Source of the DNA: the human T2T-CHM13v2.0 reference genome, Homo sapiens
Reading direction: 5' to 3' (one strand)
Assembly (NCBI RefSeq): GCF_009914755.1
Contig: NC_060947.1
Length of the DNA stretch: 64,000 bases
Below the pieces are notes generated by a model. It saw nothing but the letters and a program-made list of their open reading frames with translations, did no database searches and was not told the origin of the DNA. The position numbers and the translations under genes are program-made. Of this stretch, positions 1-15,216 are shown piece by piece; position 1 is the first letter of the stretch; each line of letters opens with the position of its first letter.

Positions 1-117
1 CTGATTTTTAAATAACCGTTTTGCAAAGACATAGTTTTTCCCTTAATGTAATATATTTTATTTTTAAAATAGATAGCTTGATTGTAGAAAAATTAGAAAT
101 TAGTGTTTTAAAAAAAA

Positions 118-3100
118 CTTTTAGGTTAAGGGGTACATGTACAGGTTTGTTATTTAGGTAAATTGCATGTCAGAAGGTTTTGTATGCAGATTATTTCATG
201 ACCCAAGTGATAAGCATAGTATCTGAGAGGTAGTTTTTTGATCCTCACCCTCCTACCACCCTCCACCCTCAAGTAGGCCCTGGTGTCTACTGTTACCTTC
301 ATTGTGTCCATGTGTACTCAATGTTTAGCTCCCACTTATAAGTGAGAACATGTGGTATTTGGTTTTCTGTTCTTGAATTAGTTCACTTAGGACAATGGCC
401 TCTAGCTCCATCCATGTTGCTGCAAAGGACATTATCTCATTATTTGTCAAAGGACGTAATCTCATTATTTTTTGGGCTGTGTACTATACCATATGTATAT
501 GTACCACATTTTCTTCATCTGGTCTACCGCTGATGGGCATTTAGGTTGATTTTTCATGTCTTTGCTATTGTGAATACTGCTGCAATGCAGATATGAGTGC
601 ATGTCTTTATGGTAGAATGATTTATAGTCCTTTGGATACATATCTGATGATGAAATTGCTGGGTCAAATGGTAGTTCAGTTTTAAGTTCTTTGAGAAATT
701 ACAAAACTGCTTTCCACAGTTTTGGGGAAAATTTTTTTGCTAAATTAATTTACATTCCCACCAACAGCGTGTATGCATTCCCTTTTCTCTGCAGCCTCAC
801 CAGCATCTGTTATTTTTTTAATTTTTAGTAACACCCATTCTGACTGGTGTGAGATGGTATCTCATTGTGGTTTTGATTTGCATTTCTCTGATAAATGGTG
901 AGGTTGAGTATTTTTTCATATGCTTGTTGGCCAAGTGCATGTCTTCATTTGAAAAGCGTGTGTTCATGTTCTTTGTCCTCATTTTAATGAGGTTGTCGGT
1001 TTTCTGCTTGTTAATTTGTTTACATTCCTTATAGATTCTGGATGTTAGACCTTTGTTGGATGCAGAATTTGCAAATGTTTTCTCCAACGCCATACGTGGT
1101 CTGTTTACTCTGTTGATAGTTTATTTTACTGTACAGAATACTATAATGTATTTTAATTAGGTCCCACTTGCCAATTTTTGTTTTTGTTGCAATTGCTTTT
1201 GGCATCTTCATCATGAAATCATTCCAGGGCATGTGTTCAGAATAGTATTTCCTAGATTTTCTTCTAGGGTTTTTATAGTGTTAGGTTTTACATTTAAATC
1301 TTTAAGCTATCTTGAGTTGATTTTTGTACGTGGTGAGTAGAAGGAGTCCAGTTTCAATCTTCTGCATATGGCTAGCCAGTCGTCTGAGCACCATTTTATT
1401 GAACAGGGAGTCCTTTCCCCATTGCTTATTTTTGTCAAGTTTATGAAAGAATAGATGGTTGTAGGTGTGCAGCTTTATTTCTGGACTCTGTATTCTGTTC
1501 CATTTGTCAATGAGTCTGTTTTTGTACCAGTACCATACTATTTTGGTTACTCTAGTCTTGCAGTATAGTTTGAAGTTGCATAATGTGATGCCTCCAGCTT
1601 TCTTTCTTTCTTTCTTCTTTCTTTCTTCTTCTTCTTTTTTTTTTTTTTTTTTGACAGAGTCTCACTCTGTCACCAGGCTGGAGTGCAGTTTTTGCTTAGG
1701 ATTCCTTTGGCTATTCAGGCTCATTTTCTGTTCCATATGAATTTTAGGATAGTCTTTTTCTAATTCTGTGAAAAATGCCATTGGTGGTTTGATAGGCATA
1801 GCATTGATTTTGTAAATTGCTTTGGGTAGTATGGCCATTTTAACAACATTGATTATTCCTATCCATGAGCATGGAATGTTTTTCCATTTGTCTGTGTCAT
1901 CTCTGATTTCTTTCACCAGGGTTTTATAATTTTCATTGTAGAGATCTTTTGCCTCCCTGGTTAGCTTTATTCCTAGGTACTTTTATGTGGGGCCATTGTG
2001 AGTAGGATTCTGTTTTTGACTGGGCTCTCAGCTTGGGCATTGTTAGTATATAGAAATGCTACTGATTTTTGTACATTGATTTGGTATCCCAAAACTTTCG
2101 TAAAGCTTATCAGATCAAGGAGCTTTTGGTCAGAGACTATGGGGTTTTCTAGGTCTAAGTTCATATTGTTGGCAAACAGAGATTGTTTGACTTTTTCTCT
2201 TCCTATTTGGATGCCTTCTATCTCTTTCTTGCTTGATTTCTCTGGATAGGACTTTTAGTACTATGTTGAGCAGGAGTCGTGAGAGTGGGCATCCTTGTTT
2301 TGTTCCAGTTCTCAAGGGTAATGCTTCTAGCTTTTTCCCATTCTATATGATGTTGGCTGTGGTTTTGTCGTAGGAGGCTCTTATTATTTTGAGGTATATT
2401 CCTTCAATACCTAGTTTGTTGAGAGTTTTTAACATGAAGGAATATTGAGTTTTATTGAAAGCCTTTCTACGTCTATTGAGATGATAATGTGGTTTTTGTT
2501 TTTATTTGTACTTATGTGATGAATCACATTTATTGATTCATGTATATTGAACCAACCAACCTTGCATCCCAAGGATAAAGCCTGCTGATCGTGGTGAATT
2601 AGTTTTTTGATATGCTGCTGGATTTGGTTTGCTAGCATTTTTTGGGGGAATTTTTACATCGATTTTCATCAAGGATATTGACCTGAAGTTTTCTGTATTT
2701 GTTGTGTCTCTGTTAGGTTTTGGTAACAGGATGATGCTGGCCTCATAGAAAAATTTAGAGAGGAATCCATCCCCCTCAGTTTTTTTGCATAGTTTCAGTT
2801 GGAATGGTAACAGGTCTTCTTCATATGTCTGGTAGAATGCAGTTGTGAATCTGTCCTGTCCAGGGTTTTTCTTGGTTGGTAGGCTTTTTATTACTGATTC
2901 AATTTCAGAACCCATTTTTGGTCTTTTCAGGGTTTCCATTTCTTCCTATTTCAATCTTGGGAGGTTGTATGTTTCCAGAAATTTTTCCATTTCTTCAAGG
3001 TTTTCTAGTTCTTGTGCATAGAGTTGTTCATAATAGTCTGAGGATTTTTTTTTTTTTTTTGCATTTCTGTAGGGTTGATGGTAATGTCCTTTTTGTCATT

Positions 3101-3590
3101 TCTGATTTTATTTCAATCTTATCTTTCTCTCTTTTCTTTTCTTTATTAGTCTTGCTTGTGGTCTGTCAATCTTATTTATGCTTTGAAAAAATACAGCTTC
3201 TGGTTTCCTTGATCTTTTGTTTGTTTTTTTTCATGTGTCTCAATTTCATTCAGTTCAGGTATGATTTTGGTTATTTCTTGTCTTCTGCTACCTTTGGGGT
3301 TGTTTTGCTCTTGTTTCTCTAGTTCCTCTAGGTGTGATGTTAGGTTGTTAATTTGAGATTTTTATAACTTTTTGATGTGAGCATTTAGTGCTATAAATTT
3401 TCCTCTTAACGTTGCTTTAGTTTTGTCCCAGAAGTTCTGGTATATTGTATCTTTGTTTTCATTACTTACAAAGAATGTCTTGATTCTGTCTTAATTTCAT
3501 TGTTTACCCAAATGTCATTCAGGAGCAGGTTTTCGGGTTTCCACATAATTATATGATTTTGAGAGATCTTCTTGGTGTTAATTTTATTTT
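118..3590 (-). mobile_element. 5'-truncated LINE-1, L1PA15/16-like (3'UTR plus degenerate ORF2)
   Basis: Antisense L1 3'UTR (ggggtacatgtacaggtttgtt...ctcccacttataagtgagaacatgtggtatttgg). Minus-strand ORFs give ORF2 fragments ([35 protein letters not shown]) broken by stops and frameshifts. Confidence 0.95.
1600..1689 (-). mobile_element. Extremely short Alu 3' fragment (~37 nt body plus T/CTT tail) nested in the L1
   Basis: Poly-T followed by gacagagtctcactctgtcaccaggctggagtgcagt; L1 resumes at ttttgcttagg. Confidence 0.85.
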
Positions 3591-4309
3591 TTCACGTATC
3601 TACTTATCAGCTGTGGTTGATCTGTCTAGGTTGAGCTCAACTGGGCTTGGCTTCAAGTTGCAGATTAGGTTTGGATTTCATCTATGTTTCTACAATCCCT
3701 CTCATCTAAGCAAATTCATATCATCATTCTGCACTTAAATGTTTTCTTATCTTCAACTTTGCTTGTTATTTTATCCACCTAGAAAGCTTTCCTTTTTTCT
3801 CTATACCTTCTGATTTCTAGGCAGACTAAGATCCCTGATAACCAAATCCAGAGTAACCTTTAACTTATTTTAATTCCTGTAGAGTTCATAAGTTGGTATT
3901 CTCATTTGGTATTTACAGTTATCAAAGGATTCTCAGGAACTCTGGTGCAGCACTGGCCATATGATTCACTGGAAGTAAGGAGGGGCTGAGCTAGTAAGAA
4001 GGAAGCAATTAGAAATGAAGCCAAGTCAAGATACAGACATTAGAAACCACCAGTTAATGAGGCAGGCACAAATTAGGTCAAAGGTGGAGAAGGAAATCCA
4101 ATCACCACATTGACAGTGCAAAGAAAAGCTCCACTATATCACCAAGCAGGGCTCCTGTGTCCTGGGGGCAGGGCAAATCTAGAGACTACTGTGGGTCTAG
4201 AGTCCATATGTGATGGGGATAAGACCAAATAGACCCTGACAGCTATCATAACCTGCCTTAATCATTAGTTCTTTTATATTTGTTTACAGCTAAAACTACA
4301 TAAATCTTT

Positions 4310-4420
4310 CTCCAGAAATTGACTGCAAGTTCCTGGAAGGCAAGTGTGTTAGGTTTTATATTTTATATTCCCCAAAACAATAGGATTTTGAGCATGGTCA
4401 ACTACAAGTGTGCATGATTT
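4310..4420 (+). mobile_element. L2 3' end fragment
   Basis: gactgcaagttcctggaaggcaag...ttatattcccc resembles the L2 terminal motif. Confidence 0.5.
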
Positions 4421-4530
4421 ATCATGATTTATTGATAAACTTAAATCTATGCTTTTTAAATAGTAAAAGTTATCTTCTTTAAGTGCATTCTTAGCTAAAT
4501 AGAGCATTCATAAAGAAAGAATAATGTGCT

Positions 4531-4842
<312 letters not shown>

Positions 4843-4987
4843 TGTGCTTAACTTATACGCCAGAAGTAAGTGTACAACCGAAATAACTAGATCCAAAAGC
4901 AATTTCTAATATGCATGTGAACAATCCAAAAAGATAAGGAAGTATGAAAAGTCTATTATTCGGATTATTCCCACAAAGACTGGGTTA

Positions 4988-5050
4988 TTAGGTTGGTGCA
5001 AAAGTGACTGCAGTTTTAAACCATTTTTAATAGTTTCAAAAAACTATTTT
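4988..5050 (+). mobile_element. MADE1 (Hsmar1 MITE) partial, one TIR
   Basis: TA followed by ttaggttggtgcaaaagtgactgcagtttt matches the Hsmar1 TIR; the second TIR is not recognisable. Confidence 0.7.
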
Positions 5051-6949
5051 TTAAATAGTTTCAAAAACAATCCCGTACATATGTTGTTTTAGGTATCATT
5101 TGGGACGGTTGGCACCACCGTCAAGTATACTTCAGTTTAAAATAAACTTTTCTTCCATCTAAGCAGGATGAAAGACCAGTCTAGTCATTAAAACTGATGG
5201 AGTAAATAATCAAGGGCCATGAGTAGATGTAGAGGAAGTATTGAACATCAGGTCTACTTGAAAAAACAAGAAGGAGACAATAAGAAATTGACAGTGTCAT
5301 GCAATTATATTTGTACATTTTGCAACCTGCGTTTTAAAAGTATGATTTTAGATTGGAAGTAGAGAAGAATAAATCATACTCTGAAGAATAATATCTGGAT
5401 TAGCAGGACAGTATGCCAACAAACAGGGCCCTATAGAAACCATGCAAAGCAAAAACTGAGGGGCTTAATACCCAGTTCTGACTGACTGCATTCCACCTGC
5501 GAGGTATAATATGAAAATTAGCAAAAAGGAAATGTCACAGAAAAACAAACATCACAGCTGTGCTTCCCAGTGGAGGTGCAAATATGGGAATGAAATGACC
5601 CTATGTTATTTTTTTTTCCTTGAGCAAAATTGTGATGGTATTTGAGAAAATCTTGGCAGGTCCTGGGCAGGCAAGTGATAATAACAGCAATAACCACGAC
5701 AAATGATCAGGTATAATTGCTTTCTGGCAGCTAAAGGCAAGCAAGGAGAACCAGGCCAATAGACCACAATTACACCTGAATAATGGAGCAAGGAAGATCA
5801 AGAACACCATTCACTGGAATAAGACAAAAAAACAAATTAAAACTGCCCTATGGAGGAGAAAATGACTAGAATAGCCAGGCAACAGTATGACACTTTCTGT
5901 ATTTATTTATTTAGTTAGTTTTTACTTTTATTTTTAAAATCTAGCTTTGTTAAATTATAGCCTTATGTTATCATTATCGGCCACATTAATACCTGCAGTT
6001 ACTTCTGAGTTTGTTTTGTGACATAAAACACGTGATGTAAAGTGTCACTCATTGCATATGGTTTGCAACGTGCATTTTGAAAAAAGTTATAAAACAAGTG
6101 TGAATAGACAGCAAAAACATCAACATCTTCTAAAATAGGAAAAAAACCTCATCCCATAATATAATTGACTTAATCCCACAATTAGACCCCTGAACTAGTT
6201 AAACAAATGACATGCTTGCTAATCAGTTTTCAAAAGAATTCCTAGAGAAATCCATAGGTTCAGTATCATTAGGTGAGGCAGACTTTCTCTGATAGAATTT
6301 AATTATGTTTAGTTAAGACCTTTTTCAAAATATAAAACTATATCCCCTCTTCACTGTAATCCAACTTTATAAAGTTATGATGAATTAAATAATTACTCAT
6401 CTATTTTACTAATTGCTTGGAAAGCGTCAAGTAGCATATTTGTTTGTTAAGCTCAGGAAATATTTACTTGTTATCTCCTTGCCAAATCTGGTTCCTAGGC
6501 TGCCACTAGTCTCAAAAAAAAAAAGTTGTTCCCATATAAATGTTCCAAGTTCCTTGGACCTTGTTATAGTTTGTCTTTGTGTTTTTAAATATTTTCAGTT
6601 TAGTTTCTCCTGTAAACCTGCCCAAAGTAATGAACGAGATTGATTCTTATAGTGCTGAAAACAGTCGTGTTTAATTTGCTCAACATAAGCAGCATTCTCA
6701 GAAGTCCAAGGTCATGATTCAGAATATTTATGTCAACACTTTGGAATGAGTAGGATGTCAATTGCTATATGAGTATACTTAATTAAAATTAGGAAAAAGA
6801 TCTATGTTATCACAATCAACCCTAATTGGCACTTTAAAGGATCAAGGCCAATGAATATATAAAACATTTCCTATAATAAATATCTAGAGACAAATTGTAT
6901 AATCAGTGTGATTTCTGAGCTAAACTAGATTTATACACAGATAATTTAT

Positions 6950-6993
6950 GTATATATATAGAGAAAGAGAGAAAGAAAGAGAGAGAGAGAGAG
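6950..6993. repeat. (TA)n/(GA)n microsatellite
   Basis: Seen directly. Confidence 0.85.
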
Positions 6994-7539
6994 TTAATTT
7001 TTCTCTGTCAGCCATAGAAATAAGAGATAGGAAAATTACAGAGATGTCAAATACATGATTGATCTAAATATCTTATTTTAACCATTATTTTAAGTTTCTT
7101 CCTACTAAATTTAGTAAGTAGAAACATTTCAAGGTTCTCCTTTTTGTTGTCCTAATGGTGAATGGAATAGGAAAACGAAAAGGAGGACAATTAATACATA
7201 GACAAGATAATCATTTCTGAGATAATTAAAGAATTGCCTGTATGACCATTTATTTGATTAACAGTTTAATGACATCCCTTAATCCAAGTACGGAGTCAAT
7301 GCATCTAATGCATTGAGGATGCATGTAGCTATAATTGCCCACTTGTTGGCTATAGGAAAGTCTGCAGTTTTTTATATTTCTCTTCTGTAGTAGAGGCAGA
7401 CTGCTTCAGATGCATGGTTATGCCTCAGCCACAAGATGGGAATTCAGTTGCTGTGTGGTCAAAAAGAAAGATGAATGTTCACTACAATAAACAAATCCTG
7501 AACCATTTTAAATTCATTCACATAAGTTTATGTATGTTT

Positions 7540-7750
7540 TATTTAAAAATATTTAATTGACAAATAAAATGTATGGATTCTAGGAGGACAATGTCATGAT
7601 TTGATGTACATATATGTTGTATAATGATTACCACAGTCAAACAAATTACACATTCATCAGCATCCGTAGTTGCCACTGTATGTGTGTGTGTGTATGCATG
7701 TGTGTGTGTGAGACAGAGAGAGAGAGAGGTAGACAGTTAAAATCTGTTCC
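7540..7750 (-). mobile_element. L1MA9-like 3' end with internal (TG)n(GA)n
   Basis: ttaattgacaaataaaa...ataatgattaccacagtcaaa...gtgtgtg...ttaaaatctg. Confidence 0.75.
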
Positions 7751-7899
7751 TAGAATTTGCCACATTTTATAATGTTTAATTAATTTTAAATTTAATTTTA
7801 ATGACACATTTTACAATTTGGCACATTTGTTTTATTTCTTCTTTTGATTTTATTTCTATTTGTTTTATTTCTTTCTCTCTCCACACACACATGCACAAT

Positions 7900-8370
7900 T
7901 TATTTTCAGAGCCATTTGAGTGTAGGTTGCACACATTAGGCCAATTTATCTCTTAAAACTTTGCTCATTCCTAAGAACAAAGATAGACTTTTACACAACC
8001 AAACTACAGCTATCAAGTTCAGGAAATTTAACATTGCCATAAAACTTTTATTTAATTTGCCATTCATATTCCAATGTTACCAATTGCCCCAAAAGTGTCT
8101 TTTATAGCATTTTTTTCCCTCCAGTCTGGAATCTTGTTTAGGATCATATATAGCATTTAGTTCTCATGTCTCGTCAGTCTCTTTTGATCTGTAACTATTC
8201 TTCAGCTGTCCTTTGCCCCTAATGGCATGGATTTTTTGAAGAATGCAGGCCATTTGTTTATAGGGTATTCCACAATTTGAGTTTATCTTGCATTTCTTTG
8301 TGATCAAGTTAGGTTAAGCATTTCCAGCCAGAATAGTACAGAATTAATGATGTGTTATTTTCAATGTGAT
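7900..8370 (-). mobile_element. L1MC4/5-like 3' region
   Basis: ccatttgagtgtaggttgca...ttcctaagaacaa...tcaagttcaggaaatttaacattg...gcatttagttctcatgtctc. Confidence 0.75.
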
Positions 8371-8719
8371 TTAACCTCTTCTCACTAGACTAGATGTGAG
8401 AGTTAAACATCATCATCATCACCACCACCCCACACATATTCGTCTCTATTGCACTGGGAGTGGGCTGGGTTTCAGAACACAGCAGCAGCTCATTCCAAAG
8501 TACTAGTCATGCATATGGACATTTAAATTTGCCTGGGGGAAAACGTTTTTTGTAAATTCATCTCAAAGCAACTGATGCCTCATAAACTCTACACACTGCC
8601 TCTATGTTTACTCTAATTATTGGTTTTGCTAGGATTTTAGCTTTATGGCTACTTTTTCCTCATTCTATATACTGTTTGGCTGGTACACCCACAATACAGC
8701 TTTATCTTTCAACTTTACA

Positions 8720-9572
8720 CCAATGATTTCTAAATTTATAATATGTGCTGCAATTTCTCTATTAGATGAGGCCATTGGAGAACATCTGAAATTGCCATCG
8801 AAGTCCCAAAATCAATTTGCTTAAAACAAGTCATCTTCTTGAACCCAAATTCTTCTTCTTATACTGATTATTTCACCTGACAACACCAAATAATTCTGGA
8901 CTTTTATCTTAAGAACCATATCCAGTTAATCAACAACTGTAAGAATGTCTTTCTTTATTTTACCAATGCATTTACTTCTATCTATCTCCGGTTTCTCTTC
9001 CTGTATTTACACTCATAACTTCTTACCTCCATTATCATGTAAGAACTGAACTCTGCCTACAACCTTGTCTTTTGCATTCCATCTACCACACAATAGTCAG
9101 ATTAATCTTTGTAGACTACAACTATGATTAAGGCACTTATTACTTTTTATTCATGACTCCTTACTACCTATACAGTATTTATTACTTAGCATGGCATAAA
9201 ATTTAAAATCTTTTCTCTGACTGTATTTCTGGAAGCATTTGTTGTTATTCCTCATTTGTGTAGTTCCTTGAATAATACATATTATCTTCCAGTTAACTGT
9301 TTTTGTTCACATTGTTTTCCTTGACCGAGATCCTCTAGTTTCACTTGTGTGTTCAGTGAATTTCTTCTCACCCTTCAAATTTTAGTTTTCACATCACCAC
9401 CTCCATAGATTATCCAAAAGACTTTTTTCTAACCCACCCTTTTCTGGCATACACCACCTTACTTTGTTTACTTTTATACCTCATTCACCAAAATATAAGT
9501 TTCTAGAATCCAGGAATGTTGTCTTTTATTTAGTTCTCTGGGTGCCTAACACTAGTAGATGCTCAGTAAAGG
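8720..9572 (+). mobile_element. L2 3' portion
   Basis: Degenerate L2 motifs ending gtgcctaacactagtagatgctcagtaaa. Confidence 0.65.
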
Positions 9573-10097
9573 CATGCATCTCTTAGATGTTGATAATGAC
9601 ACATTTAAAAATCTATGGTGATAAGTGGAGAACAATCAATATGAAGCATATCTTTATAGAAATTATTGTGTAAAGGGAAACTTGGTAACTTATAAGTTTG
9701 TAAATTTATATTCTTATTTCAGAAATTCATATTCTAATACTTCAATATCTCCTTTCAAAATTCAGATTTTATTAAAAAGTAAAATGATATTATTTGTTTT
9801 GTTTTTCTTAAACTTCTTGTACCAGAGTTTACTTTACCAATGTGGAGGTTTATCTTGTTCGTATTGCATGACACCCCGTGTTTCAGAACATTTTTCCAAG
9901 GTAGCATAAATTGCAAGAAATTGCAAAACATGGTGTGTTCTTTTTAATTCCCCAATATAGATCTTAAAATGTGCTGGTACATTTGGACTTCAGCTTTATG
10001 AAAATTTATTTTGACTCTTTTGCAGTCTGTCTTCCTACTCTCATCCAGCTTCTTTCCAGATTAAGTAATTTTCATCATTTCATCAACTCACCTTCAG

Positions 10098-10430
10098 TAT
10101 TGATCTGGTTAAATCAGTTATGCTGTGGTAACAAACAAACCCCAAAATATCTTTTGCTTAATGTAGAAAACTGTATTTCTTTTCCACGCAAAGTCTCCGT
10201 TGTTATGAGTTTAGTGCATCTCCCTACTGGGAAGTGGCTCCAGGATCCAGTGTTCTAACTTAGGACTCTGCCATCTCATCTCAACATGTGGCTTTATGTT
10301 TTTCCACAACAGAGGAAGAGAGACCATGGAGAATTCACACACAATACTCCCTCTGACAACCCGCTCAGAACTAGTCACATGGCTCTTTCATGCTGCAAGG
10401 GGTCCTGGGAAATGTAATTCTTGTATATGG
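10098..10430 (-). mobile_element. MLT1 (MaLR) LTR fragment, J/K-like
   Basis: ttatgctgtggtaacaaacaaaccccaaaat...agaactagtcacatggc...tgcaaggggtcctgggaaatgtaa. Confidence 0.7.
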
Positions 10431-10902
10431 ATGTCTCAACCATGTCTTATTTTCTCTGCACAGCTTCTCAGAAGAGACAGCACTCAGGAGCTGCCCAAGT
10501 CAGATACTTGTTTTTCTGGTTGCAGCTTTTGGAATCCTTTACCTAATGCCCTACCCAACTCCTGATTTGCCTGTAAGAATTTTATTGTGTGTCAGGTTTT
10601 GTTTTTAACGTTTAAGTATTTCATCAGATGTTGCTGAAGGAAGGTTCCATGTCCTAGCCTCTTGTGGTATCATTACCTAGAATTGATTGCTTGCCTTTAC
10701 AAGAGGACCATATAATTCCACAATTGTACAGTGTCATTTATTCATCCTATGATACAACCTGGGCATGTAGGACTTCAGGAAAGGATTTTATATAACCAAT
10801 AGCTCCTCTTAGGCTGTTTTTTTTTTTATTATTTACTAAAGCATAGAACACAACCAAACACAAAACATATTTTCATAATATAATTACATAGAACTATAAC
10901 TA

Positions 10903-11460
<558 letters not shown>

Positions 11461-11939
11461 ATTTAGAATAGGAATGGGTAGGTGATGGATATAGTGAAGG
11501 GAAAGCATTATTTTTGGGTATAAAATTTTCCTCTGAAATGTTACATTAGAATAGATGACCTGAAATTATGTGATATACAGTGTTCATCCTGATGTTTGCC
11601 ATACTCCCTGGCACAACTCAAAATTAAACATACTTTGCCCAGAGAGAAAAGCTTTACTGAATCACCACTTTATTTACTATTTTAGATTTTACCTGATACA
11701 GAGAATAACGTGCTCTAGTTCGTCTCTTAAAATATATAAATATCACCTTCTTCTATTAATAAGAACTAGAGTCTTGCATTTCTCATTTAATCTCTACCAC
11801 AATACTACGAGGTATTTGTATAAAAGACATCTTATTTCTCTATTCGTTTATTTGTTTTTCTCTATTAACAGGATCCCAGGCAATGTTTTCACACATTTTT
11901 TATCCTCTTACAGGTAGAGATGGTCAATAAAAAGAAGCA

Positions 11940-12205
11940 GAGGTTCATGGGACTTCCAGGACAATGCTTCATGATTCTAAGCATTGCTGCTAACTAGACA
12001 GAACAATGACAGCCATTTGAGAATTATGAGACAAAGATCAAGAGCATATCACAGACTTGGCCTTGCCATCCTTGAGCAGCTAAACACACAACATCAAACT
12101 CCTACTTCCATACTTAGTATTACATGAGTATATCAAATTTTATGTATTTAACTCTGCCTAGTCAGATTTTTTTTATAAGCTCCAAGCACAATTTTTAGCT
12201 AATTT
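11940..12205 (+). mobile_element. MLT1 LTR fragment (L-like)
   Basis: ccttgagcagctaaac...cctacttccatacttagtattacatgag...tatttaa resembles an MLT1 3' half. Confidence 0.5.
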
Positions 12206-12637
12206 AGTAAATTCATTCTTACAGAAGTGATAAAAATTACCCAAGGACACTCAGATAACAAAAGTCAGAGTAGGGCTGTGAACTTCAGTCTTATTACCTC
12301 ATGCTCATTTTCTTACACTATATGCCATTGCATGAGCCTTAGAAACTGTGTTCTGGTTCAGTGTTCTGCAGCAGTTTATTTAAAGCTCATGAAATATTAT
12401 AAAGAGTAGGCTGAGATTGAATTAGACAAGGTGACAGAAATATGCACTGGTTAAAATCTTCCTTACCTTCAACCTCAGTCCCCACTTTTGCACTTGTCTT
12501 AAACATTGGATTATTTCAATCAGCAGATCACTGTGTTATCACTTATAGTAAAAGACTGACCGCTGTCTTTATTAAAAACACATTAATGTACGTGTATAGT
12601 TGATGCAGGGATATCCCAAAGCGGAGTGGTTTTAGTG

Positions 12638-12761
12638 AAAAAAAAAAGGAGGGAGGGAGGGAGGGAGGAAGGAGGAAAGAAAGGAAAGGAAAGGAAAGGA
12701 AAGGAAAGGAAAGGAAAGGAAAGGAAAGGAAAGGAAAGGAAAGGAAAGGAAAGGAAAGGAA
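12638..12761. repeat. Polypurine (GGGA)n/(GGAAA)n microsatellite
   Basis: About 16 GGAAA units seen directly. Confidence 0.95.
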
Positions 12762-14002
12762 AGTGAAGGGTAGGATTCATTTCTGCTTTAAGTGTGATAT
12801 TTCTCCCTTTTCTTCATACTGATTCTTGAAGCATAGAATTGCTTCTGTCAAAAATACAGCAATTCTTTATTTATCCCCACTCTGAATATTAAGAGAGTAA
12901 TTTTAAGGTGAAAGCATATTAAGAAAGCCTTACTTCTTCATTTTTTTTTCTATTCTTGGCCTAAGGACCACATGATTTTATATATGGTCTGCTAACCAAC
13001 TGCTAAGTATTAGGACAGAAATTATCAAAGAGAACCAGTAAATTCTGTCTTTTTTTCCTCTGGTACTTCTCTAACTGGAGAATCCTCTTCATTTTAAGTG
13101 GAAGATCTTCCTCTTAGTAAGAGTGCTCTGACCTACATAAACCGTGTAGCATAGAAGCCATATTTTTTCTCTTTTAAATTCCACACAAATTAACCTCCAC
13201 ACCTGAAAGTTTTATGTTAAACTAATTTAATATGTTATTTCTTTGCCTTTTGAACTCTTTTCAAAAACTAAATAACTATTTGGCTAGATAAATGCCCTTG
13301 AAAGTAAAAGTTCCACTCTCTTGCTTTTTAAAAATAATATTATGATCTCTTGACTTATGGTTATATTTCATAATGGTGGTGAATATAAATTATTTAAAAA
13401 CTGTACCCTCAATTTTAACTCTTTATATTGCTATCAAATCTTTCAGAAACATTTTTACAATTTTTTTTCTAGTTGGTTACTATTACTTTTACTCCATTAC
13501 TTTTTAAAATAAAATCATTATATATAACAAGGAGACAAGTTCCATATTATATATTGTGTATGGCATCAAATTCACATATGACATTAGCTTCCTCTGTGGG
13601 TCTTCTTCTTCTAGAATTTGTCTCCATCAATTTATCCAGTGCATCACAACAACTTCAAAGTTTGCAACACAAAACTTCATTTCCAAAAGATATTCAGTAT
13701 CCCCTCATCCCTAGGGGGAATGTATATAATTCTTAGCCTAATATTCAAGACTCATCATCACATATCTTTTGTAAGTCATCACCATCCACATCTGACCCAT
13801 CATCAGTCATGCTGATTTGCTCAGTCTTATGAATGGGCCTTGAAATATTTATTCTTTCCCTCCAAAATGAATAAGATAGAGTATAAATAAAATGCATCAT
13901 CTACTTGTATAAAAGTCTTAGTGCCACACACAATTCTAAATATGTACAAATTGTTTTGAGCTTGTAGAACCAAGTCATGATGGATAATCTCATGTATATT
14001 GT

Positions 14003-14442
14003 TTATTTATTTTAACTGAAAAATAAAATTGTGTATATTTACTAAGTACAACAGGATGTTTTGAGATATGTATACATGAATGGCTAAATTGTGTTAATGA
14101 ACATATGCATTACCTCACATGCTTATCATTTATCTTTTTTTGTGGAGACACTTAAAATCTACTTTCATAGCAATTTTCAAATATATAATATACTGTTATT
14201 AACTGTAGTCACCATAATGTGCAGTCAACCTATTGAGTTTATTCCTCTTATCTGACTGAAATTTTATGTCCTTTGACCAATATCTCCCCAAGGCTCCTAC
14301 CTACAAGCTTCTAGTAACCATGACTCTGTTTCTATGAGTTGGACTATTTTATATTCCACTAATAAGTGACATCATGTGGTATTCGTCTTTCTGTGCCTAG
14401 CTTATTTCACTTTACATAATGTCCTATAATCTCATATATGTT
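14003..14442 (-). mobile_element. L1MA8-like 3' end
   Basis: gaatggctaaattg...catatgcattacctcacat...ttattaactgtagtcaccat...cctttgaccaa. Confidence 0.85.
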
Positions 14443-14791
14443 AAATTAAGCTCTTTCCCTACTGCTTTGTTCATCACTCTCACCCTTGCTTGGGTTACTA
14501 TAGATAAAAGTTACCAAAGAAGAAATCAAAGTACTTTAAACACATATGTCTGTCTATCTATAATGGTATCAACTTCAATAAATAATTCAATGTGTTACGC
14601 ATGGAAAAATATGAAAGGGTCAAGAATTATTTAATATGAAGTTTGGGAAAGAGAAATGACTATATAAAGCTGCCCTTTCAAAATCAGGAAGGAAAATCAA
14701 ATTCAACAATAATTATTAATTCTTCATATTACTGGGACAGAAAGCTAATCAAGTTGGATAATGCTACTTTGGAGAAGAAGATGAAAGATGT

Positions 14792-15216
<425 letters not shown>

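Noticed and set aside
818-2939. ORFs with reverse transcriptase/ORF2 similarity
   Set aside because: Fragmented remnants of a dead, 5'-truncated L1, not a gene.
7296-7316. 9-bp stem hairpin tcaatgcat-cta-atgcattga
   Set aside because: Too short to exceed chance in 64 kb of AT-rich DNA.
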